57,051 nucleotides of DNA from Christensenella sp. UBA4626 (GTDB taxonomy: Bacteria > Bacillota > Clostridia > Christensenellales > UBA1242), in assembly GCA_002406115.1 (NCBI GenBank), contig DHNC01000035.1, forward strand, positions 89,349 through 146,399. The letters run 5' to 3'. Positions 19,449-29,338 of the stretch are shown here, one piece after another (position 1 is the stretch's first letter; every line of letters begins with the position of its first letter). The position numbers and the translations under genes are program-made. The notes under the pieces were generated by a model. It did no database searches. It saw nothing but the letters and a program-made list of their open reading frames with translations, and was not told the DNA's origin.

Positions 19449-20618
19449 ATGTTCAATTTTTTAAGCGTATCATCTGTTTTATCATACATTGGCTACATTT
19501 TGTTAGCCATTGTTGTTTTATTGCTCATGGTGCTTATTCATGAATTTGGGCATTACTGTGCCGGCAAGATTTTAAAGTTCGAAATTACGGAATTTAGCGT
19601 CGGATTTGGCCCCAAACTCTTGCAAAAGAAAAAGAAGAATGGCGAACTTTTCACTCTCAGACTGATTCCTCTTGGAGGCTATTGTGCTTTTGCTGGCGAA
19701 AATGAGGACGGGACAGACAATCCCAAAGCATTTAACAATCAGAAACCTTGGAAAAGGCTGATTGTCCTATTTTGTGGGGCGTTCTTCAACTTTTTAAGTG
19801 CAATTATATTTTCTTTTGTCGCTCTCATGGCGTGCGGTTATGAGCAATTACAAGTAAAACAAATTCAACCAACATCAATCAACTACACGTATTTGCAGCA
19901 AGATGACATTATTTATGGTGTTGGCGGCACAAAAATTGACTTTGTAACCGACGATATGTTTGATAGTTTAATCACCACTTATGTTGGAGAAAACTACAAA
20001 ACATATTCTGGCGATGATTTGACTGCGGAATATAGTTTTGTTGAAAATGAAAAGACATATTACATGGTGCCAAGCGATCTTCCATTTTTAATCAAGCGTG
20101 ATGGTCAAAAATTTGACCAAACAGGCAAGGTTAATGTAATCTATGACGCAGAGGGCAAATTGCAAGGTTGGTCACTTTACGCAACTTATAACGCTGAAGC
20201 AAACGACATCACAATCGGATATTACAAATATAATTTTGGCGAAGCATTGCTTTATTCGGTTCCTTTTACTTGCCGCTGGGCATGGAAAGTGCTTGTGATT
20301 TTTGGGCAGTTGCTGACTGGTAAATTGTCAATCACAGCCTTGGGCGGGCCAGTTACAACAATCAAAAGCATGGCAACAATGACGATGAGGAGTTTTAATT
20401 TCTTGTTCCTTTTGCTGCCTCTCATTGCAGTGAATTTGGCAGTGTTCAACTTGCTGCCGATACCTGCATTGGACGGCTTCCAAATGATTTTTGTGATTAT
20501 TGAATGGATACGCAAAAAACCAGTTAAACGAGAAGTTGTAAACATGATAAACAACATCGGCTTGATAGTCTTGTTCGCCTTTGTTATAATCGTGGACGTG
20601 CTTCAATTTGTTCTATAA
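19449..20618 (+). CDS. rseP: RIP metalloprotease RseP/RasP (site-2 protease, M50)
   Basis: 389 aa; HEFGHY zinc motif in TM1, NLLPIPALDG second motif. Confidence 0.9.
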   Translation: MFNFLSVSSVLSYIGYILLAIVVLLLMVLIHEFGHYCAGKILKFEITEFSVGFGPKLLQKKKKNGELFTLRLIPLGGYCAFAGENEDGTDNPKAFNNQKPWKRLIVLFCGAFFNFLSAIIFSFVALMACGYEQLQVKQIQPTSINYTYLQQDDIIYGVGGTKIDFVTDDMFDSLITTYVGENYKTYSGDDLTAEYSFVENEKTYYMVPSDLPFLIKRDGQKFDQTGKVNVIYDAEGKLQGWSLYATYNAEANDITIGYYKYNFGEALLYSVPFTCRWAWKVLVIFGQLLTGKLSITALGGPVTTIKSMATMTMRSFNFLFLLLPLIAVNLAVFNLLPIPALDGFQMIFVIIEWIRKKPVKREVVNMINNIGLIVLFAFVIIVDVLQFVL

Positions 20619-20627
20619 AGTGCTTAA

Positions 20628-20668
20628 AAATGGTGTTTTGACAAATATTGACACACCATTTTTTTTGT
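20628..20668 (+). terminator. Intrinsic terminator after rseP
   Basis: AATGGTGT(20629-20636)/ACACCATT(20653-20660), 16-nt loop, T-run 20661-20667. Confidence 0.65.
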
Positions 20669-20700
20669 GCTAAAATTAAAAGGTAAATCAAAGGATAAAT

Positions 20701-22221
20701 ATGGATAAATTACAGGTTTTAGATACAATTTATGACGGACTTAAATTTAAAGATGCTGTGTATAGCGAAAAAAGCAATATTTGCACAGTGGAATTTTTGT
20801 ATAATCCAGACTCTTTTAAGCCAACCGACGAACACAAAAAGAAAATTTATGAAACACTCAATTTGGAGATTGGTGATTTTGTAAAATATGACCTTAAACT
20901 TACATCTTGTCCATTGGATAAAAGGACAATTGCAAACTACACTTACACAACAATAACAAACAATTTCCCTGCGATGAACAAGGAATTTGGCTTTGATGAT
21001 ATAACAGTGGAAATCAACCACATGAAAGTATACATTTACCTCAAATTGGTGCCTTCTACTTACGAATACGCCACCGAACTTAACAGGGCAGATTTGATTG
21101 CTGAAAAGTTAAGTGAAAGTTTCTTTGCGGATTTTACGGTTGCGTTTGAAAAGAAGGAAAGTTCAACAAAATCTCAAAAAAGTTATATCGAAAACAACGC
21201 TGAACTCATGGAAAGTGTAAAAATAAATGAGGACAAAACAATATATCATTTGTCCGATGTGACAGATATTATTGGCAAAAATGACTATTCAACCGCAATG
21301 GATTACAGCAAAATAAAGACTGCTATGGAAAATGTTTCAATTTGTGGCGATGTTACAAACGTGCAACGCAAAACATATAAGCGCAAATTTACCCGCAATG
21401 GCGAAACACAAGAGATAGAAAAGGCTTTTTATAATGTCACAATCAAAAACGAAGGCAAATTTATGTATTGCTCAATCTTTCCAAAGCAAGCGGACGAAAG
21501 CAAAGGCGATTTGATAGAAGTTGGCATGAAAGTTTGTATGTACGGCTCGTTCCGTGAATTTAATGGCAAATTGAACTTTACAGCCAACACAATCGCAAGG
21601 TGTAATTACACTCGTGACGAAATCAAAGGGGCAATGAAGCAGGTTAATGATGAATACCACATTGTTTTCCCGCAAGAATATGTCGACTACGAGCAAAAAG
21701 GGCTATTTGACGAGGATGATAAAGTGTTTGAAGGCACATATGTCGTTTTTGACCTTGAAACAACCGGTCTTGAAGCAAACAAAGATGAAATCATTGAAAT
21801 TGGCGCTTGCAAGATAGAAAATGGCAAAATATCTGAAACATTTTCAACTTTTGTAAAACCAAGCAAACACATTCCACGTGAAATCACTGAACTTACAGGC
21901 ATAAATGATGCAATGGTGGCAAATGCTCCAACAATCAACTATGTCTTGCCAGATTTTTACAAATTTTGCTATGGCTCAACTATGGTCGGCCACAATGTTT
22001 CGTTTGATATCGGATTTATTTACAATGTTGCAAAAAAGATGTCTTACAATTTTGACAATCCGCTTATGGATACAATCGAAATGGCACGCAAAAAATTGCC
22101 GGGTCTCAAAAACTACAAACTTGGCACGGTTGTAGAAAAATTAAAAATAGTGTTGGACAATGCACATAGGGCAATCAACGACGCCACCGCAACAGCAAAA
22201 GTGTTTATAAAACTGATGTAG
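20701..22221 (+). CDS. PolC-like N-terminal/OB-fold protein fused to a DEDDh 3'-5' exonuclease; no PHP or polymerase domains
   Basis: 506 aa; Exo I YVVFDLETTGL, Exo II VGHNVSFDIGF, Exo III HRAINDATATA; OB-like segment VSICGDVTNVQ..MKVCMYGSFREFNGKLNF; AAAGGA RBS; sits between rseP and rimP where polC lies in Bacillus. Confidence 0.8.
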   Translation: MDKLQVLDTIYDGLKFKDAVYSEKSNICTVEFLYNPDSFKPTDEHKKKIYETLNLEIGDFVKYDLKLTSCPLDKRTIANYTYTTITNNFPAMNKEFGFDDITVEINHMKVYIYLKLVPSTYEYATELNRADLIAEKLSESFFADFTVAFEKKESSTKSQKSYIENNAELMESVKINEDKTIYHLSDVTDIIGKNDYSTAMDYSKIKTAMENVSICGDVTNVQRKTYKRKFTRNGETQEIEKAFYNVTIKNEGKFMYCSIFPKQADESKGDLIEVGMKVCMYGSFREFNGKLNFTANTIARCNYTRDEIKGAMKQVNDEYHIVFPQEYVDYEQKGLFDEDDKVFEGTYVVFDLETTGLEANKDEIIEIGACKIENGKISETFSTFVKPSKHIPREITELTGINDAMVANAPTINYVLPDFYKFCYGSTMVGHNVSFDIGFIYNVAKKMSYNFDNPLMDTIEMARKKLPGLKNYKLGTVVEKLKIVLDNAHRAINDATATAKVFIKLM

Positions 22222-22376
22222 GGCATATATAGAATAAATAGCCAAACAAAGCTAAAAAGATATCAAAGTTTTAATTAAATCTTTGTTTTTATCAAATATT
22301 TATGAAAAAAACAATAAAATTGGGCAATAATACAACTATATTTTATATATAATTATATAAAAACACACAAAAACTA

Positions 22377-22405
22377 TTGATTATTTAATTTTGATGTGTT
22401 ATACT
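22377..22405 (+). promoter_or_regulatory. Sigma-A-type promoter for the rimP-nusA-infB operon (TTGATT-17 nt-TATACT, TGn)
   Basis: -35 TTGATT 22377-22382, 17-nt spacer, TG 22397-22398, -10 TATACT 22400-22405. Confidence 0.7.
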
Positions 22406-22418
22406 AAAAATGATTTCT

Positions 22419-22449
22419 AGGGGTGGCGGTGCCACCCCTGCTTGTTTGT
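22419..22449 (+). promoter_or_regulatory. GC-rich leader hairpin with weak U-tract (candidate NusA-dependent attenuator)
   Basis: AGGGGTGGC(22419-22427)-GGT-GCCACCCCT(22431-22439), perfect 9-bp stem, followed by GCTTGTTTGT; lies ~15 nt after the predicted TSS and 60 nt before rimP. Confidence 0.5.
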
Positions 22450-22499
22450 AAAATGCTAAATTGCAAAACAAACGACATAATATTATTTAAAGGAGAATT

Positions 22500-22952
22500 A
22501 TGAAAGTAAGTGATATTGTAAAAACTCATATTTCACCATTATTTACAGGGGACATTCGTCTTGTTGATGTTGAATATGAAAAACGCAACGACGGTATGCA
22601 CTTGGTTGTCTATATCGACAAGCCAAACGGTGTTATGATTGAAGATTGCGTTGAAGTTAGCCGCATGATTGATCCAGTTTTGGACGAAATCAATCCAACA
22701 AATGATGAAAAATATTCACTTGATGTATCAAGTTATGGGTTGGACAAACCTTTGAAATTTGATTGGCAATTTAAAAAATACTTGGGTCAAAAAGTTGAAG
22801 TTAAATTGTATCGCAAAATTGGTGCGAAAAAAGAATTTGTGGCAGTTTTGGTTGACAGAAATAACAAATCAACTCAATTTGATATTGATGGCGAAGTTGA
22901 AACAATATCTAATGCAGACATAGCATATATCACACCATATATAGAGTTTTAA
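22500..22952 (+). CDS. rimP: Ribosome maturation factor RimP
   Basis: 150 aa; LVDVEYEKRNDGMHLVVYIDKPNGV..IEDCVEVSR typical RimP; AAGGAG RBS; precedes nusA. Confidence 0.92.
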   Translation: MKVSDIVKTHISPLFTGDIRLVDVEYEKRNDGMHLVVYIDKPNGVMIEDCVEVSRMIDPVLDEINPTNDEKYSLDVSSYGLDKPLKFDWQFKKYLGQKVEVKLYRKIGAKKEFVAVLVDRNNKSTQFDIDGEVETISNADIAYITPYIEF

Positions 22953-22967
22953 GGAGAACGAGAGAAA

Positions 22968-24095
22968 ATGATTAACAAAGATTTTTTTGAAGCATTAAAA
23001 GATTTAGAGGCAGAAAAAGGTATAAATGAAGAAGTGTTTATTTCCGCTTTGGAGCAAGCCCTCACCGCAGCATACAAAAAGAACAGTGGCTTGGCAAAAA
23101 ATGCACAAGTAAAATTGGTTCCAGAAAAAAACACAATCAAAATTTATTCATACCGCACAGTTGTTGCAACTGTTGAAGATCCAGAAAAAGAAATTTCAGT
23201 TGAAGAAGCAAAACAAATCAAACACAGTTACAAAGTTGGCGATTTGGTTATGCAAGAAGAAAGCACAAAGGACTTTAACCGTATCGCAGTGCAAACCGCA
23301 AAACAAGTTATCACTCAAAAGATAAAAGAAATTGAAAAACAATCAATTTATAAAGACATTGCGGAAAAAGAAGGCAAATTGATTGTTGCCAACGTTAAAC
23401 GTTTGGATGGCGAAAATGTTTATCTTGAAATTGGCGGCACAACACTTGAAGGTTTGCTTACAAAACGTGATATGTTGCCAACCGACCATTTCAAAATTGG
23501 TGACCGCATAAAAGTTTACGTTCGTTACATCAAAGACGATTTCCGTGGCACAGTTGTTCAAGTGACACGTACACACGCAAATTTTGTAAAACTTTTGCTT
23601 GAAATGGAAGTTCCAGAACTCAGCAATGGCGAAGTTAGCATTGTTGCAATTGCAAGGGAAGCAGGTATGCGCACAAAAATTGCAGTTACAACCACTGTTC
23701 CAAATCTTGACCCAGTCGGTGCTTGCATCGGCAACAAGGGCGCACGTATAAACAGCGTTATCAACGAACTCAATGGCGAAAAGATTGACATCATCAATTA
23801 CAGCGAAAACCCAGCAGATTACATTGTTGCAGCATTGAGCCCAGCAGAAGTTAGCGAAATCACAGTTGACACAGTCGCTGGCGTGGCAAACGTTCAAGTG
23901 CCAGAAAACAAATTGTCACTTGCAATCGGCAAGGGCGGTCACAATGTCCGTTTGGCTGCAAAACTTACCGGATACAAAATCGACGTTAAACCAGCCGCTG
24001 TTCAAGCCCAAGAAAAGAAAACAAATGACGTTGTTGAAACATCTGGGGCAAGCATCGTGCTTGATGACGATATTTTCAGCGATATTGACGATTAG
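22968..24095 (+). CDS. nusA: Transcription termination/antitermination factor NusA
   Basis: 375 aa; NusA N-domain, S1 domain, two KH motifs (GACIGNKGARI, LAIGKGGHNVRLA). Confidence 0.97.
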   Translation: MINKDFFEALKDLEAEKGINEEVFISALEQALTAAYKKNSGLAKNAQVKLVPEKNTIKIYSYRTVVATVEDPEKEISVEEAKQIKHSYKVGDLVMQEESTKDFNRIAVQTAKQVITQKIKEIEKQSIYKDIAEKEGKLIVANVKRLDGENVYLEIGGTTLEGLLTKRDMLPTDHFKIGDRIKVYVRYIKDDFRGTVVQVTRTHANFVKLLLEMEVPELSNGEVSIVAIAREAGMRTKIAVTTTVPNLDPVGACIGNKGARINSVINELNGEKIDIINYSENPADYIVAALSPAEVSEITVDTVAGVANVQVPENKLSLAIGKGGHNVRLAAKLTGYKIDVKPAAVQAQEKKTNDVVETSGASIVLDDDIFSDIDD

Positions 24096-24103
24096 GAGCA
24101 ATT

Positions 24104-24361
24104 GTGCATACAAAATCTGAAAGAAGATGTGTTGTGTGCAGACAAGCAAAACTTCAAAGTGAAATGTTGAGGGTTGCACGTATAAACAACGAATTTATGA
24201 TTGATTTTAATCATAAACTTGGTGGTAGAGGGGCATATGTTTGTAAGTGTAAGCAATGTCTGCAAACGGCAGTAAAAAAACACTTGTTTAATCGTGCGTT
24301 TAAAACAAACTTAAGCGATGAAATTTACAAGCAATTAGGTGAATATGAACAAAATTGTTAG
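24104..24361 (+). CDS. ylxR: YlxR (DUF448) RNA-binding protein
   Basis: 85 aa; RRCVVCR..GRGAYVC motif pair; GTG start 5 nt after AGGAG RBS; conserved nusA-ylxR-ylxQ-infB order. Confidence 0.88.
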   Translation: MHTKSERRCVVCRQAKLQSEMLRVARINNEFMIDFNHKLGGRGAYVCKCKQCLQTAVKKHLFNRAFKTNLSDEIYKQLGEYEQNC

Positions 24362-24635
24362 TTATTTGGGCTTTGCAAAAAAGTCGGCAAGTTTGATTAC
24401 CGGTCAAACTTCACTTAGGGTAAACAAAAAACCATTATATTTAATTTTGGTTTGCAATTCAGCAAGTGATAACTTAAAAAATCTTGCAAAAAACCTTGGC
24501 GTAAAACACAATTGTCCAGTTATTGAAACAAAAAATATGCTGGAAGAGTTGGCAAACGCAAAGGATATAAAAATTTTAGGGCTGACAAATCCAGAACTAA
24601 GCAAGGCAATAATAGAAAACAAAAAAGATTGTTAA
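24345..24635 (+). CDS. ylxQ: L7Ae-family RNA-binding protein YlxQ
   Basis: ~96 aa; KIVSYLGFAKKSASLITGQ N-terminus, L7Ae-like; track start GTG 24339, ATG 24345 preferred. Confidence 0.85.
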   Translation: MNKIVSYLGFAKKSASLITGQTSLRVNKKPLYLILVCNSASDNLKNLAKNLGVKHNCPVIETKNMLEELANAKDIKILGLTNPELSKAIIENKKDC

Positions 24636-24673
24636 AAGACTTTCTAATTTAAAAGATAAGGAGATTATTTAGA

Positions 24674-27352
24674 TTGGCAGAAATCAACAAACCACAAGAA
24701 TTTAATAAATCAATCAAACAACTTCAATCCATGGTTAAAGATAGGATGTTGGTTGGATTAAGCGAGAAGTTCTTTACTCTCAAACAAGAGATGTCTGGCG
24801 TTATGCGCTCAGTTAAAGATAAAGAAGCCGCTTTGATTTTAAAATCAACAGAAAAGAAGCCTGAACCGGTGGCGGAAGTTAAACCTGAACCAAAGGCTGA
24901 GCCAAAAGTTGAAGTTAAAGTTGAGCAAAAAGTTGAGAAAACCACTCAACCAGTTGTTTCTCAACCAAAATCCGATTATCAGCCAAGAACTGACTACCAA
25001 TCAAAGCCAGATTACCAACCAAGGTCGGACTATCAACCAAGGTATGACAATCAAAGGCAAGATTTTAGAAGAAATAATCAACAAGGTCAAAATAATTTCC
25101 AACGCAATAATTACAATCAAAATGGTCAAAATTTCAACCCTAGATACAATGGAAACCGACCAAATAATTATAATAACAACTACAACAACGGTTACAATCG
25201 TCAAAATGGCGGCTTTAACCGTCCACAAAATGGGCAACAAGGCAACCGCCCATTCAACAATAATTTCCGTCCAAATCAACCGGGGCAAGGGTTTAATCGT
25301 CCATTTAACAATCGCCCAAATCCAAATTTCAAGCCAGGGCAAAAACCACCATTTAACGCAGATAACAAACGCCCAGCAATCAATTATGCTCAACCGGTTA
25401 TCACACAGAGCCCAGCACGCAATTTTGCTGGCAAAAAGAAAGATAATTCCCACTTTGAAGAAAAACGTGGATACACAAAATACGATTTGCTTAAACGTGG
25501 CATGATTGACGATGGTATTGACGAAGATAGGTCAGTAACCCGCAAATTGCGTACTAAGAAAAAGGATATGGCAGTTGAAGTTGTTGAACGTCCAACTGGG
25601 CCAGCGGTGATTACAACTGACAACATTACAATCAAATTGTTGAGCGAAGTTTCTGGCAGACCAGTAAGCGAAATCATCAAAAAATTCATGATTTTAGGCA
25701 TGATGGTTACAATCAACTCAACCGTTGATTTTGCCACAGCGGAACTTGTTATGGCAGATATGGGCGTTGAACTTCAACAGAAACTTGACAAGACTGGTGA
25801 AGAAAAATTGCTTGATTTGCAAAAGAATATCCGTTCTTACAGCGATGAAGAAGCAAGCGTAAGACCACCTATTGTAACTGTTATGGGTCACGTTGACCAC
25901 GGCAAAACAAGTTTGTTGGACTACATCCGCAAAACAAAGGTTACTTTGGGCGAGGCAGGCGGCATCACACAAGCAATTGGTGCTTATCGTGTCAATGTAA
26001 ACAACAAATATATCACATTTATTGACACCCCAGGTCACGAAGCATTCACAGCGATGCGTGCTCGTGGTGCATCAGTCACAGATATCGCTATTTTGATTGT
26101 TGCAGCGGATGACGGCATTATGCCACAAACCGTGGAGGCAATAAATCACATAAAATCTGCCAACATTCCAATGATTGTTGCAATCAACAAAATGGATAAG
26201 CCTCAGGCAGACCCTGACCGCATTATGCAACAACTTGCAGAACACAATGTTTTGCCAGAAGCATGGGGCGGCGATGCAATTATTTGCAAAATCTCTGCTC
26301 GCACTGGCGAAGGTATCGATAAATTGCTTGAAACAATCCTTTTGGTTGCTGATATGCAAGACCTTAAAGCAAATCCAGACATTCCGGCTTTGGGCACAAT
26401 TTTGGAAGCAAAATTGGATAAAGGCCGTGGTGCAGTTGCATCTTTGATTGTCAGAGATGGTTCATTGCACGTAGGAGACACAATCGTTTCCGGCACATCA
26501 ATTTGTAAAGTAAAAGCAATGATGGACGAAAATAATCGCACAGTTAAGGTTGCAACACCTTCAATGCCAGTAACAGTTTTGGGCTTTAACGAAGTGCCAA
26601 TGGCTGGTGAAACTTTCACCGCAGTTGATGAAAAACTTTCAAAACAAATTGTTGAAGAACGTAAAGCAAAACAAAAGGAAGAACTTCTTAAAGGCAGCGG
26701 CGGCAACACCTTGGAAGATTTGTTGCAAAAGACAAGCGAAAAAGACGTTAAAATCCTCAATATTGTGCTTAAAACTGATGTTAATGGCTCGCTTGAAGCA
26801 ATCAAGGCGTCTATCATGAAACTTGTGAATGATGAAGTTAAAATCAACATTCTTCACAGCGGCGTGGGCGCAGTAAGCGAAAGTGACTTGATTCTTGCCA
26901 ATGCTTCAAATGCTATGGTGATTGCATTTAACGTGAGTCAAGACAGCAAGGTTAAAGCAACCGCAGAACGCATGAAAATCAAGATTTATTCATACAAGAT
27001 TATTTACGAACTTTTGGATGAAATTGAAAGAGTAATCAAAGGCATGAAAGAGCCTAAATATGAAGAAGTTTACCTCGGCATGGCAGAAGTTAGAGCAGTG
27101 TTTAAATTGTCAAGTTCAGGCATTGTTGCTGGTTCGTTCGTCCGTGATGGTAAAATCGTTCGTGGCGAACACGCAAAAATTTATCGTGGCGATAACTTGC
27201 TTGCAACCACCGAAATCAAATCTTTAAAGATTGTCAAAGACGACGTCAAAGAGGCAGGCAAGGATAGGGAATGCGGTATCAAAACTAACTATGATGATGT
27301 TGCAGTTGGCGACAGAATTGAATGTTTTACATTAAAAAGGATTGAAGAATAA
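24674..27352 (+). CDS. infB: Translation initiation factor IF-2
   Basis: 892 aa; TTG start 10 nt after AAGGAG; G-domain [24 protein letters not shown]; long N/Q/P/K-rich N-terminal region. Confidence 0.97.
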   Translation: MAEINKPQEFNKSIKQLQSMVKDRMLVGLSEKFFTLKQEMSGVMRSVKDKEAALILKSTEKKPEPVAEVKPEPKAEPKVEVKVEQKVEKTTQPVVSQPKSDYQPRTDYQSKPDYQPRSDYQPRYDNQRQDFRRNNQQGQNNFQRNNYNQNGQNFNPRYNGNRPNNYNNNYNNGYNRQNGGFNRPQNGQQGNRPFNNNFRPNQPGQGFNRPFNNRPNPNFKPGQKPPFNADNKRPAINYAQPVITQSPARNFAGKKKDNSHFEEKRGYTKYDLLKRGMIDDGIDEDRSVTRKLRTKKKDMAVEVVERPTGPAVITTDNITIKLLSEVSGRPVSEIIKKFMILGMMVTINSTVDFATAELVMADMGVELQQKLDKTGEEKLLDLQKNIRSYSDEEASVRPPIVTVMGHVDHGKTSLLDYIRKTKVTLGEAGGITQAIGAYRVNVNNKYITFIDTPGHEAFTAMRARGASVTDIAILIVAADDGIMPQTVEAINHIKSANIPMIVAINKMDKPQADPDRIMQQLAEHNVLPEAWGGDAIICKISARTGEGIDKLLETILLVADMQDLKANPDIPALGTILEAKLDKGRGAVASLIVRDGSLHVGDTIVSGTSICKVKAMMDENNRTVKVATPSMPVTVLGFNEVPMAGETFTAVDEKLSKQIVEERKAKQKEELLKGSGGNTLEDLLQKTSEKDVKILNIVLKTDVNGSLEAIKASIMKLVNDEVKINILHSGVGAVSESDLILANASNAMVIAFNVSQDSKVKATAERMKIKIYSYKIIYELLDEIERVIKGMKEPKYEEVYLGMAEVRAVFKLSSSGIVAGSFVRDGKIVRGEHAKIYRGDNLLATTEIKSLKIVKDDVKEAGKDRECGIKTNYDDVAVGDRIECFTLKRIEE
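24971..25060 (+). repeat. Five imperfect tandem 18-nt repeats encoding x-D-Y-Q-x-R hexapeptides inside infB
   Basis: [30 protein letters not shown] read directly from the in-frame translation. Confidence 0.85.
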
Positions 27353-27714
27353 TGAAAAATGTAAGGTTAGAGCGTATCAATGCAGAACTGAGGAATGTCA
27401 TCGCTGATGTCATTGACAATCAGTTGCGTGACCCTCAAATAAATGCTATGATTTGTGTGCATAGCGTTGATATTACACCAGATTTAGCGTATGCTAGGGT
27501 GTATATCTCATCAATTGGTGAAACTCCTCAGCAAGAAGTTTTGGCACGCATAAAAGGTGCTGGCGGCTTTATCCGAGGCGCTGCGGCAAAGAAAATCAAA
27601 CTTCGCATTATGCCTAGATTGGAGTTTTATTTGGACACAAGTGAAGAATATGGCAAAAAGATTGACGATATTTTGAGCCATATAACATATTCAACTGAGG
27701 AAAGTGATGAGTAA
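27352..27714 (+). CDS. rbfA: Ribosome-binding factor A
   Basis: 120 aa; RLERINAELRNVIADVI..YARVYIS typical RbfA; TAATG coupling with infB. Confidence 0.93.
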   Translation: MKNVRLERINAELRNVIADVIDNQLRDPQINAMICVHSVDITPDLAYARVYISSIGETPQQEVLARIKGAGGFIRGAAAKKIKLRIMPRLEFYLDTSEEYGKKIDDILSHITYSTEESDE

Positions 27715-28570
27715 TTCTGATTTGAAAGGGATTTTGCCAATAAACAAGCCCAAAGATTGGACAAGTTTTGATGTGGTGAACAAAATCAAACACATGCTTC
27801 CTAAAAAAACAAAAGTTGGACACCTTGGCACGCTTGACCCTATGGCAACAGGCGTGCTGTTGGTGACTGTCGGCAAGGCAACAAAGCTGTTTGACCTGAT
27901 GCAGGAAAAAACAAAGTGTTATATCGCAACCTTCAAATTTGGCGTTGAAACAGATAGTTTGGACGCAACAGGCGAGGTTGTCAAAACAGACGATAAAGTT
28001 GTAACACTTGACCAAATTTATGGTGTTTTGCCAAAATTTCTTGGTAAAATAGACCAAGTTCCGCCAAAATTTAGTGCAAAATCTATTGGTGGCAAACGTG
28101 CTTACGATTTGGCAAGGGAAAATGTTGATTTTGAACTTAAACCAAACAAAGTTATTGTTGTGTATTTCAAAACCATAAGTTTTAGCAACAATATTTGGGA
28201 GGTTGAGATTTTGTGTGGCAGTGGGACATATATCCGTGCTTTATGTCGAGATATTGCCCATGCAATTGGCACAGTTGCCACAATGACCAGCCTTGTCAGA
28301 ACCAAAATTGACAAATTTCAACTTGAACAATGTGTTGAACTTTCAAATCTGGATGCTTCAAATGTAACAGAAAATATTGTAAAAATCAAAGATGTTTTGA
28401 GTTTGCCAACAATCGAGTTGGACAGCCAAAACTATTTCAAAATTATGAATGGTCAAACGATAAACTTGAATATGAATGACGGAGTTTATCAGTTAATAGA
28501 CGAAAATGACACTGTTGCATTGATTGAAATATGCAATTTTAATGCAAAAATGTCGATTTATTTGGCATAA
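27704..28570 (+). CDS. truB: tRNA pseudouridine(55) synthase TruB
   Basis: 288 aa; GILPINKPKDWTSFDVV and catalytic GHLGTLDPMATGVL motif. Confidence 0.95.
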   Translation: MMSNSDLKGILPINKPKDWTSFDVVNKIKHMLPKKTKVGHLGTLDPMATGVLLVTVGKATKLFDLMQEKTKCYIATFKFGVETDSLDATGEVVKTDDKVVTLDQIYGVLPKFLGKIDQVPPKFSAKSIGGKRAYDLARENVDFELKPNKVIVVYFKTISFSNNIWEVEILCGSGTYIRALCRDIAHAIGTVATMTSLVRTKIDKFQLEQCVELSNLDASNVTENIVKIKDVLSLPTIELDSQNYFKIMNGQTINLNMNDGVYQLIDENDTVALIEICNFNAKMSIYLA

Positions 28571-28657
28571 ATGGTTTGCAAAAATGTCAAAATATGCTAA
28601 ACTATTATAGTTATTTATATGCTTAAAGCAAATTTAATATAAAAGGAATTTAATTTT

Positions 28658-29236
28658 ATGATTACAGCAGGCGATATTAGAAAAGGTGTTATTTTCGATG
28701 ATGGCACTTCAACCGACCCAAGAAAACCTAGTTTGTTTTTGGTTGTTGACTTTCAACACGTAAAACCAGGTAAGGGTGCAGCTTTTGTTAGAACAACTAT
28801 CAAAAATGTTATAACAGGCAAAGTTTTGGAACGTACTTACAATCCAAGTGAAAAAATCAACGACATTTCTATCGAACGTAGGGAAATGGTTTACCTTTAC
28901 AAGGAAGGCGATTTGTATTACTTTATGGACAATCAAACTTACGACCAAATCCCATTCAACTACGAAAGTGTTAAAGACATTCTCAACTTTGTTGTTGAAA
29001 ACACAAATTGCAACGTTCAATTTTACAATGGAACACCTATCAATGTTGAACCACCTATCTTTGTTGAACTTACAGTTACAAAATGTGACCCAGCAGTTCG
29101 TGGTGATACAGTTAAAACAGGCGGCAAACCAGTAACTCTTGAAACTGGTTACACATTGCAAGTCCCTATGTTTGTCAATGAAGGCGACCGTATCCGTGTT
29201 GATACTCGTACTGGCGAATATATGGAAAGATTGTAA
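28658..29236 (+). CDS. efp: Elongation factor P
   Basis: 192 aa; VDFQHVKPGKGAAFVRTTIKN, three-domain EF-P layout. Confidence 0.96.
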   Translation: MITAGDIRKGVIFDDGTSTDPRKPSLFLVVDFQHVKPGKGAAFVRTTIKNVITGKVLERTYNPSEKINDISIERREMVYLYKEGDLYYFMDNQTYDQIPFNYESVKDILNFVVENTNCNVQFYNGTPINVEPPIFVELTVTKCDPAVRGDTVKTGGKPVTLETGYTLQVPMFVNEGDRIRVDTRTGEYMERL

Positions 29237-29272
29237 AATCAATTTAAAAATTTAATCTTAATTAGTCGAAAA

Positions 29273-29303
29273 AGTGATACCTTTGTGGTATTGCTTTTTT
29301 TTT
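29273..29303 (+). terminator. Intrinsic terminator after efp
   Basis: AGTGATACC/GGTATTGCT 9-bp stem (two G-U), 5-nt loop, T-run 29295-29303. Confidence 0.7.
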
Positions 29304-29338
29304 GTTATTAAATCGGTCGGATTTTAATATTTTTCTTT

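Noticed and set aside
22255-22290. Terminator after the PolC-like gene (AAAGAT..ATCTTT or CAAAG..CTTTG followed by TTTTT)
   Set aside because: The stems are only 5-6 bp, AT-rich, and have long loops. This is too weak to call with confidence.
24909-25505. 198-aa (+) and 150-aa (-) ORFs overlapping the infB N-terminal region
   Set aside because: They are artefacts of the low-complexity repeat DNA, since stop codons are rare in every frame of this tract. The infB frame is continuous with the conserved G-domain.
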